This document shows positions 10,830 to 24,087 of a DNA stretch of 64,000 nt, one piece after another. This DNA comes from Octopus bimaculoides. Its lineage: Eukaryota. The stretch is from positions 63,802,703-63,866,702 of the forward strand of contig NC_068990.1 in assembly GCF_001194135.2 (NCBI RefSeq). Direction: 5' to 3'. Position 1 is the stretch's first letter, and every line of letters starts with the position of its first letter. Made by a program: the position numbers and the translations under genes. The notes below the pieces were generated by a model, which was not told where the DNA came from, ran no database searches, and saw nothing but the letters and a program-made list of their open reading frames with translations.

Positions 10830-13495
10830 ATACATATATACATACACACACACACACACTCTAAAATAAAATCTATGTACAAGGAGCAAGAATTATTCTG
10901 CAAGACAATTCACCCTCCTCTACTCCAACATGGATTTTAACCTCGTCATAATACTGCCCACCATATTCTGTTAATGTCCCATCTTATTCTCTGAAATGTC
11001 TTTTTTCTCTTATTTTTTTACCTCTAACACTTCTCTTTTGTTCAGGGTTCACTCTTTATTTATACTTTACCTTTTTTATCTGAAATCAATAAAACCTTCC
11101 AATTACTCTGATTCAAAGTCTCTCTTCCTCGTTCTTCTAATTCCACTGCTCTTCTCACTCCTTTAACTACTAACAGTTGTTCGACTGTCTCTCCTCCCAC
11201 ACTGATGTTATCTGTCATGCCTCTTCTTTCTCTTAGTTCATCATCACTGGCTTTAATACACACAACTCCTCTTATTCCCCAATCTCTTCCTTACACCCTT
11301 ACTATTGGCACAGGGGCTGAATTATTTGCTAGTTTGAATTGTCTACATAAGATTGTATCCTCATATACTCTTTTTCTTGATGAGCACACTGAAACTTCAA
11401 ATACACTTGTCCTTTTCTCCTTACTAAATCCAGCCATTACTATTTCTGCATTTGTCTGTCCTCTGAAACCATCTCCTATTTCAAAGTCAGATAATTGGTA
11501 AGAGTTCTGTTGGTTTTAAGCTGAATACTCTTAGCAGTACATGTGTTTTATTTCTAACTCATCTGAGACAGCTTAGAAAGGAACTCAAATCAACCATCTA
11601 GGTACAGCCCTTGCATAACCAAAGAACTAAAAAGTAGTCCCATACAAACTACCATAAGAGAACTTATGTATTCACTTAACCTGCAAGAAATTGCAACCCA
11701 ATCTCCCTCAAATCACATTTTAATGACCTTAAATAAATTATTCATTATATCCAATGCAGTTTCAGTTATTGAAAAGGATAGGATGATCATAGTTGGAACA
11801 TCTTTCAAAGCTGTTAACTCTTGAACCTAGAAATAGTTTAGTTGCTGATGTGCTGTATCAGTTCATTAAAAATTACTGTTTTCATTACCAACTGAAAGAC
11901 ATATACTCACCGTCACAACACAAGAAAGACAACTATTGGGAAAGCACAGGCTACTTTCAAGTATATGTGGCCTGAAATCTCTCTTGTCTGCCATATATAA
12001 TATTACCAAGCCTGCATCCCAAAGAATAGACTTCCTCTTCAAACCAGAAAACGCTTTTAAGACTTATCAATTGCTGATCTTGTATTAAGCTCAAGTGTGA
12101 TTTATATGAAAACAATTCTCATTTATTTCAGTCAACTCTGCTATTACACACAAACATTGTAGACTTCATTTAAAAGAAGGCCATTTGACTGGTTTTACTC
12201 TGCAGCATGCTTCTTTCCCTGGATTATTAACACAAAGTTTATTTACTCTGATCATGTGATAATTATAAATGGGAATACTATCATACAAACAATTTTGTTT
12301 GTTTCCTTTTTCCCCATGAAAAATATATCTGGCCATAGGGAAGTAAGTATTACCTGTTTGGAAACAAGTGAGAGTTGGTGACTGGAAGGGCATCCAGCTG
12401 TAGAAAAGCTGCCTCATTAATGTCCATCTGATCCATGCAAAAATGGAAAAGTGTACGATAAATGATGGTGATGAGCTTATTCTCTTTGACTCTTCCACAG
12501 AAACTTAATCATCTGCTCTTTAGAACCGACAGTCTGCATACTACCGCCATCCAAACCTACTCAATGAATCCAGTTCTCCTTTAATCATCTCTCATTCTCT
12601 TATCATTAATCTCAGCTATCTAAAGGAGCTTACAAAAGCCATGGGGATTAACCATCACTCCTTTGACTAATTAATTAAATTTTAAAAGAAAAATTTAAAC
12701 AATAGCAGTTTGATCTCTTTGTAAGTTTCAAGATGGAAGTAGAGAAAATAAGGAATCGCCTAGAAAAATAAGATTTTTTCTTCTTATGGAGATTGATTTT
12801 ATAATCTGTTTATTAATTTGTAGTGTTGTTGATGTTTTTAATTTTGATATGATGATGTGTTTATACAGCCGTAGTATGGAGATAGCTTTTGTTTATGTAC
12901 AGTGTCTCCAATGTCTTTGAGAATGAGATGCTGTCAAAATCTTTTTAGTAATCAATCCATATTCTGTTTATGTTATTCTCTTTATCTTTTTCTACTGTAT
13001 TAAATAACGACTCAGCTTGTCAGTATCATTCATTACATTCCTAGCCTCCCATCCCCACCTCACTTCCTCCCCACCCCACCCCATCACATTGTTTATGCTT
13101 CTCTGGCAGCATATTGTTATCTTGGTGGTGGTGTGTAGTTATCCTGTTGGAGAGATTTGATACTTGGTAAAGAAGGTATGAGACGTTTTGGCACAGCCTT
13201 TTTGCCACTCCCTATTTGGCATTGGTTGAATCGATACTGACTTATTAGACATCAGACGTTTTATGTTTCAATCCCTCCCTCCCTTCCTAATCTCCCTCTC
13301 CCACTCCCTCTCTCCCAAAGTGTGTAAGCATACTTCTCTTTGTGTCTGTTAGGAGAGTGGGGAAAGTGTTTATGCCAATTGTGTTCCATCACTAAAGTAT
13401 CAACTGTTCAAAGACTGGACAATTTGTATTGCATTTTGTTTCTGTTTTTGGTTTCAGAAAAGATTTTTTCTAAATTTATACACTTTAATCAACAG

Positions 13496-13585
13496 GGTAT
13501 CAAGAAGAATACTCTTCTCTCTGGAGAGGCTTTGAAAGAGATGCAGAAACTAGTAAAAGCAACGAGAGAAGATCGGCGAATGATG
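13496..13585 (+). CDS. Dynein exon GIKKNTLLSGEALKEMQKLVKATREDRRMM
   Basis: aacag acceptor, ATG|gtatta donor, 90 nt, phase 0-0. Joined to the next exon it gives REDRRMM-LDRRH, similar to the KEAKRALLDARH region of DNAH5. Confidence 0.75.
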
Positions 13586-13786
13586 GTATTATAACAGTCT
13601 ATTTCAAAATTACTTCTCCTAAACAATTCTGCTTATTCAAATGATTATATCATTTATTTTCTAATGTCATACTCATACATGCAGACATATATCAGTCTCA
13701 TTTGCTAAGCTGTTAGGTTACAGGTATATAAACATGCCAAAACCAGTTGTCAATCAGTGGTGGTGGGACAAACACACACAGACTTG

Positions 13787-13825
<39 letters not shown>

Positions 13826-15912
13826 ACACACACACACACTCATGATGTTAATGGCAGTTCTTTGTGTCTGAAGAGTGACAAGGCAGCCCCTAAGTGGCTA
13901 GTGGAGGCACATGGCTTAGTGATTAGGGTGTATATATATATATGTATGTAAGATTGTGGATTTTGAGCAAAACATTTCATTCCACAATGCTCCAGTCCAC
14001 TCAGCTGGCAAATGAATAATCCAGTGCTGTGTGCAGGTGAGGAATTTATATGCCATGGAAACCAGGAAGCTGGCCCTTATTAGTTGGCATGACTCAAGAA
14101 GGTTTTTTTTATACCCTAGTGACTATGTAAACCAGTCCTAGAATGACAAGCTCTGGCATACTAGGGCACTAGGGGGTAAATACGTTGGCTTCAAAGAGAT
14201 AGGAGTCATGATGAAGAATCTCTCCTTCTTTGGTGTCTCTCATCTTCTATGGTTACTCTGGTTTTCTCAAAATTGCTTTGCAGTGGTCTGGATGCAATCT
14301 TATTTCTTTATTGCCCACAAGGGGCTAAACATGGAGGGGACAAACAAGGACAGACAAAGGGATTAAGTCGATTACATCGACCCCAGTGTGTAACTGGTAT
14401 TTAATTTATTGACCCTGAAAGGATGAAAGGCAAAGTTGACCTCAGAATGTAATGGCAGATGAAATACTGCTAAGCTGTGACTTCCTCCTACATATGGACT
14501 GTAGACACGTATAAATAAAAGATGAAAAGTTAAATCAAATTTGGTAATATCTGAACTTCAAAGATTCAATTTGAAACAGTGAAGTATTGGTAAGCAAACC
14601 AGTCAGCACTACAAGTAAATAAATGAATATAAATGATTGCAAAAATAAAACAATATCTTCGAGGGACACAAAACTCCCAAACAAATAAAGGAGATATAGA
14701 AAAGACTGTGTGACATTCACAGCTTTCTCAAAGATATTTGTTTTAGATTTTGGTACAAGGCCAGTAGGTTTGGGTAAGGGATAAGCCAGTTACATCGATT
14801 CTCAGTGTTCAGCTGGTACTTATGTTATCAACCCAGAAAGGATGAAAGGCAAAATTAACTTTGGCAGTATATTGAACACAGAATGTAAAGATGGATGAAA
14901 TACTGGTAAGTATTTCGCCCGGTGTACTAACAATTCTGCCAGCTCACCCACCACCTTAGATTTCTCTAAGATATTGGCAACGTAATTGAAATGGCTGCAA
15001 CTAATAATTACCTCATTCTTTAATAGAAATTCTGTCTGACAATAAAAATACCATATCATTAATATTATGTTAATAAGCAAAATAATGACAGAGTGGAGAT
15101 GATGAAGATTTTATGTAAAGTAGGCATGATATTTTGATCAAAGAAATTAATCAGAATTTTGAAAGATATTAGATTTATTAAGATTAATGCAATAAGTGAT
15201 GGTTGAATCAATGTTAAATTATAAATATATGTCATTAATTATCTAACTTCTTTGTTATTGTGTATTTGTGTCACATCTTGGAGCTTATATACATGATAAA
15301 CATTTTGATGTGCAGTTACTGTATATTTTAACTGTTCAACCATAGACATGTTATAAAGCGATCCTTAAATCAACCTGGTGATATAGGTACCTCTAGACTT
15401 ACTTATTATGAGTTTATCAAAATGACTTAAAATCAAAGATTGTTGGTTCAGATTCTGTCAATATATCAATAATAACTAGAGCATATTGTTCTGTTTGTCT
15501 TCATCATTACATAAGCCAGTTATATAATGAGGGACAATATCTTTTATCGTTTACTTGTTTCACTCATTAGACTGTGACCATGCTGGGATACTGCCTTGAA
15601 GAATTTTAGTTGAATGAATCAACCCTGGGAGTTTTTTTTTGTTTGTAACTGCTAAGTTATGGAGATGTTGCCATTATCTTTGATAATGCTACATAGCTTT
15701 TGATTTTGCTTTGTTGAGTTCAAATGTATCTAATCACAAGAGAACTTTGTGAACAGAACTCTTCCAAAATTGAGCTATCAGACCCATTCTGCTATTTTAT
15801 GTGATATTTTTTCACTGAAAACTACAGGCATCAACAAGGAAGTATAAAACCCTTACTTATATTCTAAAATAGCAGAGAAACCACCTTCAGATTACTCCCT
15901 ACCATCTCATTA

Positions 15913-16131
15913 TCCTTTAGCATTTAAACTTACCATATCCAGCCCAAATATACTACCTGTTTTATGTTCTAACCACACAGATTCAGCCTACCATGCCTAC
16001 CTTTCAAAGCCATTATAAAATATACAATCATATCATCAAAGTTTCAAAACTATGAGATAATGCAAGATTAATTAAAAATAATTTGAATGAAAAAGCATCA
16101 CATTTGGCAGTATAATCTGAATGCTAAAGGG
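15913..16131. mobile_element. piggyBac-like MITE family B (about 220 bp). Second full copy 54680-54901; partial copies from 3849 and 24817
   Basis: Termini CCTTTAGCATT...AATGCTAAAGGG, TTAA or near-TTAA flanks, and shared interior (catatccagc, tgagataat.ca, catttgg...taatctgaatgct). Confidence 0.75.
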
Positions 16132-16544
16132 TAAAGAATACACAGTGGATAGTGTAGTCCAAGATGTACAAGTAGATAAGATAGTCATGGTGGAATATCT
16201 TTGGCCAAAGTTAACTTAAAGGGGGGTTTAAACATCAACTACAATATTTGGAACATGTTGATATCGACCACAACAAATGCCAACACAAACATGCTTAACA
16301 TTCTCCTAATTTTTAGAGGATAAAGTAAAAACAGTAGTGCATGTGTGTAAGAGAGACAGACAGACAGACTACGTAGCTTACATAATGGTTGGAAATATCT
16401 GGTGATGTGATTTCCAGTTTTATTATCATTGTACAAAAGACATAATTTTATTAATACAAAATCTTCTAGCTAGCACTTATTTATGATTTTTAGTACTGAA
16501 ATCTATAATTTGATTATGCAATATAGTAACAGATTATTTTTAAT

Positions 16545-16856
16545 ACAGTTCTATATTTAAGAGATGATGAATTATGTACATTATTTACGTTATTTACATT
16601 TGACGGATATTTGTCCTTGTTTGTTGTTAACACGTTTTGGCTGACATGCCCTCCAGCCTTCATCAGGTGTCTTAGGGAAATTTCAAACCTGAGTTCTCAT
16701 TTCTAAGGTATTTTTCGATATTATTATTATTATTGTTATTATTATTCAGGTCACTGCCTTGAATCGAACTCGAAATCTTGGAGTTAAGAGCGCAGGCTAC
16801 TAACTCCAAGATTCCGAGTTCGATTGCAGGCAGTGACCTGAATAATAATAATAATG

Positions 16857-16890
<34 letters not shown>

Positions 16891-17041
16891 CAACAACAAC
16901 ATCGAAAAATAACTTAGAAATGAAAACCCAGGTTTGAAATTTCCCCAAGACACCTGATGAAGGCTGGAGGGTATGTCAGCCAAAAGGTTGTGTTAACAAC
17001 AAACAAGATAAGGACAAATATCCATCAAATGTAAATAATGT
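16545..17041. mobile_element. Foldback retroelement-like insertion: tRNA-like head, (AAT)n, and tail with degenerate hammerhead motif; 14-bp TSD
   Basis: Inverted arms about 16577-16786 and 16801-17041. AGATTATTTTTAAT occurs at 16531-16544 and 17042-17055. CTGATGA at 16954-16960 (+) and 16666-16660 (-). Confidence 0.85.
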
Positions 17042-18678
17042 AGATTATTTTTAATCTTTTAACCTCTAGTAACCTTATGCAGATGGGACAGAGGAGTAAT
17101 TTGAAGAATGTTTGATAATTATTTCTAACAATTTGAGCAACTGAAATAAAGAATCCCTCTTCTTGGTCCATGATTTTTTCATGTTCCAAAATGCCATCTC
17201 AAATATTACATATTGGAAATATTGGGGTCAATTTCTGGCACCAGGCCAGCAAGTTCAGGGGAGGGTGTGAGTCGATTACACCGACCCCAGTCTTCAACTG
17301 ATACTTATTTTATCGACCTCAAAAGGATGAAAGGTAAAGTCAGCCGCAGTAGAGTCTGAACTCAAAAGTGAAGACAGATGAAATACCACTAAACATTTTG
17401 CGGAGCATGCTAACACTTCTGACAGCTCACCACCTTATTCAATATAAACATTCGTTTCTATGATAGGCAAAAGGCCTGAAGTTATATATTGACCTTGAAA
17501 GGATGAAAGGTAAAGTCAACCTTATTGGAATTTGAACTCAAAACATAAGCATGGATGAAATGCCGCTAAGCATTTTGTCTGGCGTGCTAATGATTCTACC
17601 AGCTCACCAATATTGGAAATATTGAAAGCTGTTCTTCAGTTGTTTGGTTGTTTTAGAGTTGACAGGCCTGCAGAGGTATTACAATCATTACTCATAAATT
17701 CAGTTTATTATAGGCTTGACATATGCTAATTAATCACAAATCCTCAACAATTTTTTTCTATGATGTGTATCAGTGTACACTTGTTGAAAAAAAGAAAAAC
17801 AAAATAACATGAAGAAACTTAAAATCTTAAAAGTCCATCAATCAAAATCTGAAGACTTATAGGCATTAGCAGAGTGGTTAAGAAGTTTGTTTCCCAAACA
17901 TCTGGTTTTAGGTTCAGTCTCACTGTGTGACACCTTGGGCAAATGTCTGCTACTATAGCCATGGGCTGACCTAGTGAGAGTAAATTTGGTAGATAATAGA
18001 AAATGAAAGAAGCCAATTGTATACGTGTGTGTATGTATATATATATATATACACACGCATATATACACATATATACACACATGCACACATACATACATAC
18101 ATACATACANNNNNNNNNNNNNNNNNNNNNNNNNNNNNNNNNNNNNNNNNNNNNNNNNNNNNNNNNNNNNNNNNNNNNNNNNNNNNNNNNNNNNNNNNNN
18201 NNNNNNNNNNNNNNNNNNNNNNNNNTATTGATTTTATCAAGTGGCCAGCATGGGAATAAAAACCTTCAAAGGTAACAAATTATTTAAAATTATAATACAG
18301 GGTATCTAAGAGATATCGCCACGCTGAAAAATAGCAGTCAAATCTTGACTCTAAACCACAATAAATGTTCATATAGCACAAAAGAGCGAAGACGAAGACA
18401 AAATAAACTAGTAAAAATAACTGGATAATTCCAGATCCCGGATTTCTGGCTTTGCATAATAAATGCTTTGCCTTCATCGGTGGAATATACTCAAGCACAT
18501 AAATACAAATATATATATATAAACATACAGTATACTTACATATACGAACGTATACATACATGTATATATATATATATACACACGCATATATACACATATA
18601 TACACACATGCACACATACATACATACATACATACATACATACATACATACATACATACATACATACATACATACATA

Positions 18679-20855
18679 CTGGAATATTAATACTCTTGTA
18701 TATACAGCAGCTAATACTCTTAAAGAACACCTAGGAGAAATCTACAGTGAACAAAGTAATGAAATTACTAAACAGAAACAACCTAGATGGAAAACAAAAC
18801 TTGAAGAAAACATCAACAATGTGCGCCACCATATTGAATGGTTAACTACAACAATAAAATGTAAGGAGAAAAATGAGTTTACACCTCACCAACTCTACCT
18901 TAGACAAAAATTAATGAAACTTTATGGCAACTCTTCACACAGAGCTCTTGAGGGAAAGCTAATCACTTTAAAACATGAACTCAGGATGATGTGTGAGAAA
19001 CTCTGCTATCACAAGCGAATTTTAAAGTGAGCCAGTATTAATCACAAGTTTGCTTCTAACCCACAAGCATTATACAGAGAGATGAGGAAGGAAAATATTA
19101 CCATTAAGAAAGCTCCCTCTCAAGAAGATCTACAATCATTCTGGTCAAAAGTTTGGAACAAAAAGAGGGATTTCTACCTGAATGCATCATGGTTAAATAC
19201 AAGTGAGAGAGAATACTGTACCAACACTAACAGTAAAATATACAAAACTGATGCAGAAACCTTCACTATAGCAGTAGGCAAACTGCAGAATGGGAAGGCA
19301 CCGGGAAGGGACCTAATAGTTGGATGTTCGTACAAGAAGCTGACATTTTATAGAAACCGAATGACATGAAATTGGAAGGTCAGACTAATATACCACATTG
19401 GCTTGCTACAGCAAGGACAAATCTCGTTGCCAAAAATGAAATCACTGAGATGGCAGGAAATTACGGGCTCATTGCTTGCCTAAACATTATGTACAAACTG
19501 TTCACAAGTTGTCTCAACCAATTCCTCCAGGACCAATTGTGAGTCAAACAACATTGTGACTGATGAGCAGACTGCTGGAAAGAAGGGAGTATGGTGATGT
19601 GCCAAACAACTTTTAATAAACAAAACTGTACTGTCTGAAGTAAGAAAACAATGCAGAAACCTTGTGACAGTATGGCTTGTCTATAAGAAGGCATTCGATT
19701 CTATCCCTCATTCATGGCTGTTGAAGTGCCTACATCTGGCAAAGGGACCTACTACTTTAATTGTTGCTATAGAGAGACTCACAAAGACATGGACAACTAT
19801 TCTTACCCTTGCAACTGGGAACAGAATAATTGTTTCTAAAAGTATAGGAATTACAAAGGGAATATTCCAGGGAGATAGTCTTTCTGTACTTCTTTTCATT
19901 TTGGCACTGAAGCCATTATCTTTCCTACTGCAGAAAACAAATGGTTACATGCTAGGATTTTCAACTGCCAGAAATATCAATCTAACACAATTTCTTTGTA
20001 GACAACATGAAGATTTATGCTAAAAGTGTTAACAATGCCAAAAACAACTGGAATTAATAACATTTTCAGCTAGGATTTTCAACTGCCAGAAATATCAATG
20101 CAACACAATTTCTTTGTAGACAACCTGAAGATTTATGCTAAAAGTATTTTTGCTAAAAGTGTTAACAATGCCAAAAAACAACTGGAATTAATAACATTCT
20201 AGGCATGGAATTTGACCAGAAGAAATGTTCATATTTGGTTATAGAACGAGGAAAGTCAGTCCCCCAAATCCAAAACCTTTGCATCAATAGTCTCTCTATC
20301 TCCCCTATTCCACACAAAGAATGTTACAAGTACCTAGGCATAGACGAAAATGTATCTTATGAAGGCACTCTGAATCAAGATAGAATGGCTTGAGAATATT
20401 ACACCAGACTTAACAAAATATGGCAGTTGGAATTCTCCTCTTACAACAAAGCAATATCCTACAATGCATTTGCAGTACCAGTGCTGATCCCAACATTTGG
20501 AATACTTGATTGATCTGTAGAAGAAATCTACTCCATAGATATCAAAACCTGCAAAATCCTGACAACTGGGAACCTCCACAAAAACAGTGATGTTGACAGG
20601 CTCTATCTAAGAAGAAATTGAGGTGACAGAGGCCTGAGATCAGTTCAGACGGCCTTTGAATGCCATGTGGTATCACTCAGGCAGCACCTGCTAAACAACA
20701 GCAGCACAAATAAATATATTAATGCAGTCCTGAAAAGTGAAGGGAGCAACATTGTACGAATTGGCAGTGAACTCCTCAAGAAACACTCTCTTCCTGATGA
20801 TCTCCTATACTGCCCCAAAACAGCTGAGGAAAATATCATTTTGCTTGGAAACAGG
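18679..20855 (+). mobile_element. Decayed non-LTR retrotransposon RT region, R4/Dong-like (R2 superfamily), truncated at both ends
   Basis: Frame-shifted motifs KAPGRD, YKKAFDSIPHSWL, GIFQGDSLSVLLFILAL, FVDN, GMEF..KKC, YKYLGI, DVDRLYLRRN*GDRGL. No endonuclease domain seen. Confidence 0.85.
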
Positions 20856-21252
20856 TGAAGGTTGGTGATATGAAGAGCATCCAGCTGTGAGAAATCTGCC
20901 TCAACAAATCCTACCTGACCCATGCAAGCATAGAAAAGTGGGTGTTAAGCCAATGGTGACAATGATTTCAGATGTAATATGACAGCAGCAAAAATTACAT
21001 TCACCTAAAAATATTTCTTGGAAAAGTCCAAAAGTATTATAAATTGATATATATAAAACTGTAACTAAAACGTAAGTCACAACTTTCTCCTTTGTGATTG
21101 TTATTTAGCTTCAGGTCAGCTCCAATTGAACAGACCTATGGTCAATGATGTTCCAGTTGTGACCATCCCATCTTTTTTGCATGTCAAGGACTACATTAAC
21201 CAATGTGTTCCTTGTTAGCAATGAGAGGGTGATTTGGCTGCTAATTTTTGTA

Positions 21253-21513
21253 TAGTGGTTCTCAAATGGAGTCCACACGGCCCTTGGGGGTACACATAAG
21301 ATTTTACTGTTAAAGTTTATGTGCAATAAATTGGTTATACTCCTACAATACACAAAATCTTTCAACAATTTTTTTATATGATTCCTAATAATATTTAATT
21401 ATAAAAATATAACAGGATTTTTTAAACATCAAATGTCTATGGGGGTCCAGTAGAGTAAAATAGGAATCAAAGAGGTCCATAGGCAAAAAAAAAGAAATGG
21501 TTGATGACCACTG
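21253..21513. mobile_element. hAT/Charlie-like MITE. Partial copies near 4750-4800, 5255-5407, 45050-45223
   Basis: Termini TAGTGGTTCTCAA...TTGATGACCACTG (consensus CAGTGGTTCTCAA). Right flank GTCTAGTA is close to the NTCTAGAN target preference. No intact TSD. Confidence 0.7.
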
Positions 21514-24087
21514 GTCTAGTAGGTCAAGCAAACACAAAAATTTCTATCATTGGCTCAGGTTCTTCTGTTGACCGTCACTTCATGTAGAAAAGTCTGTCAT
21601 CAATGGAATATTTTGCTTAAAGAATGTTTTTTGAGTAAAGGATGTTCTTTTGCAACAATGATAGCACATATATCAAGACAGTTCACTTTTTGTTTTAAAC
21701 CAAAAACTATTTAACTGTTATTGTATGATCATAGCGATGTTTTAAATTGATAGGAGAAAAGAATGAGAGTTGTAAAGTTGCCAGAAAACTGAAACAACAG
21801 CATATAATCAGTGTAACCTTATTGAATATAGTAATCATTCATTGTGCTACATTTCAATTGATGTTGAGGTTATAGTTATGAACTACTTATTTATTAAAAC
21901 GACATAAAATATAATTTATTCAACATATCTCAGATAAAATGATTGATTATTCTGTTTGAGGAGTGTATATTAAATCATAAATTGCAAAATTTCTCTGAAA
22001 TATCTGATTCATCATAAGTGCATTTGGAATAGATTTCTTTGGTTTGAGAAGCAATCAAAGCCAGCCTGCATAATGTACAATTTAAAATGAATTTCAGAAA
22101 ATAATATTTATTATTCATAATAGAATTAATACTCTTGTTACAAATGATGGGAAAAGACAGCCTTAGCTGTAAATTATTAAAAGCTATTTAAAATAGTCTT
22201 TTCTCTATTTCCTCAGTTTTATCAGTGAATGATGTGGTTGATTGATAATTTTTAATGTTTTATTGTATTTCCTTTGTCTGTCATTTATAATGAAGATATC
22301 TCTATCTAATCTGTAGACTGAAACATTTACCCAAAGTATTAAGTGTTTCTTGCAGGATGACTTACCGTAACAGTCCATGAATAATGGACCATGTATGCAT
22401 CTCGAAGATAGTGCCTAAATTGTTTTTAAAATACCTATAATCCATCTATAACATGCAGTGTTGCATAACTGTTTCATGAGTTAATAACCTACTATAATTT
22501 ATTAGTATTTAGTATTTCATTTTATATATAAGGCAGAAAGCTGGCAGAATCGTTACCAAGCTGAGAAAATGCTTAGCAGTATTTTGTTCATCTTTACATT
22601 TTGAGTTCGTATTCCACCAAGGTTGACTTTACCTTCCATCCTTTCAGGGTTGGTAAAATAAGTACCAGTTGAGTACTGGTGTAAATGTAATCCACTAGCC
22701 CCTTCCACTAAACTTGTTGGCCTTATATCAAAATTTGAAATCAATATTTCATTTTATATATATAAGGTGACAAGCTGGCAGAATCATTACTGTGCCCTAT
22801 GAAATTGGCGAGCTGGCAGAAACATTACCACGCCAGGCGAAATGCTTAGCGATATTTCATCTGCCGTTACGTTCTGAGTTCAAATTCCTCCGAGGTCAAT
22901 TTTGCCTTTCGTCCTTTCGAGGTCGATAAATTAAGTACCAGTTATGCACTGGGGTCGATGTAATCGACTTAATCCCTTTGTCTGTCCTTGTTTGTCCCCT
23001 CGATGTTTAGCCCCTTGTGGGCAATAAAGAAATAAGAATCATTACTGTGCCAGGTAAAATGATTAGTGACATTTCATCCATCTTTACATTCTGAGTTCAA
23101 ATTGCCTTTTATCCTTTCAAGCTCAATATAATAAGTACCAGTTGAGAACTGGGGTCAATGTAATCAGCTTAAACCCTCCCCCAAAGTTACTGGCCTTGTG
23201 TCAGAATTTTAAACAAATATTTCATCTTGTATAAAATCTCTTTTAATAATAATAATAATAAAACAATCTAAAAAAAACAAAACACAATAAAACTTTATCA
23301 CCTTATTCTGTTTTTTTTCTTTATAAAAATAGAAGGAATTAAATGCTGAAACCTAAACTTTGTATTACACACACGCCTCTAATTTCAATCTCAACTTTAG
23401 TAAAAAAAAAGTGTATATTATGCATGGTATTTTACAGCCAACAAAAAATGTTGTGGCCCAGTATGTGTGATAAATTGTTAGGTTACCACTGAAGTGTTTT
23501 CATTTTATATAGGTCCTGAGGTCAGCATGGCTTTCCAAAATATACTCATAGATTATTAAACTATGTTTATCTCCATCCTACCCATCTACAATATTGTGCA
23601 TCCATTTCATGATTCTTTCATCTCTAACTAGTTATGGTGAGAGTTACTGTTTATTGAAGAAGGTGAATAAAATTGAAACCTCTTTAAAATTGTCTCTTGT
23701 AATTTTGGGAATAAGAAAAATGATACTAGATTCTGGATAAGTTTATTTTCTTCAATGAATAAATATTTCAAATTTTCTTTTGAATGTTTGTTACATTAAT
23801 TATGGTGGTTAATAGCTCTGAGTAACGTGTTCTCTAAAATATATCCTAAAGAATTGATACTGATTCCAAATATTGGCATAAAGCCAATTTGGGGGGAGGG
23901 GGTAAATTGATTACATTGACTACAGTGCTCAACTGGTACTTATTTTATCAACCCCAAAAGGTTGAAAGGCAAACTCAGCCTTGGTGGAATTGGATCACAA
24001 AACATAAAGATGGATGAAATGCTGCAAAGCATTTTGCCTGGCATGCTGATTCTGCCAGTTTGCAGCCTTCAGGAACACTGATATTAA

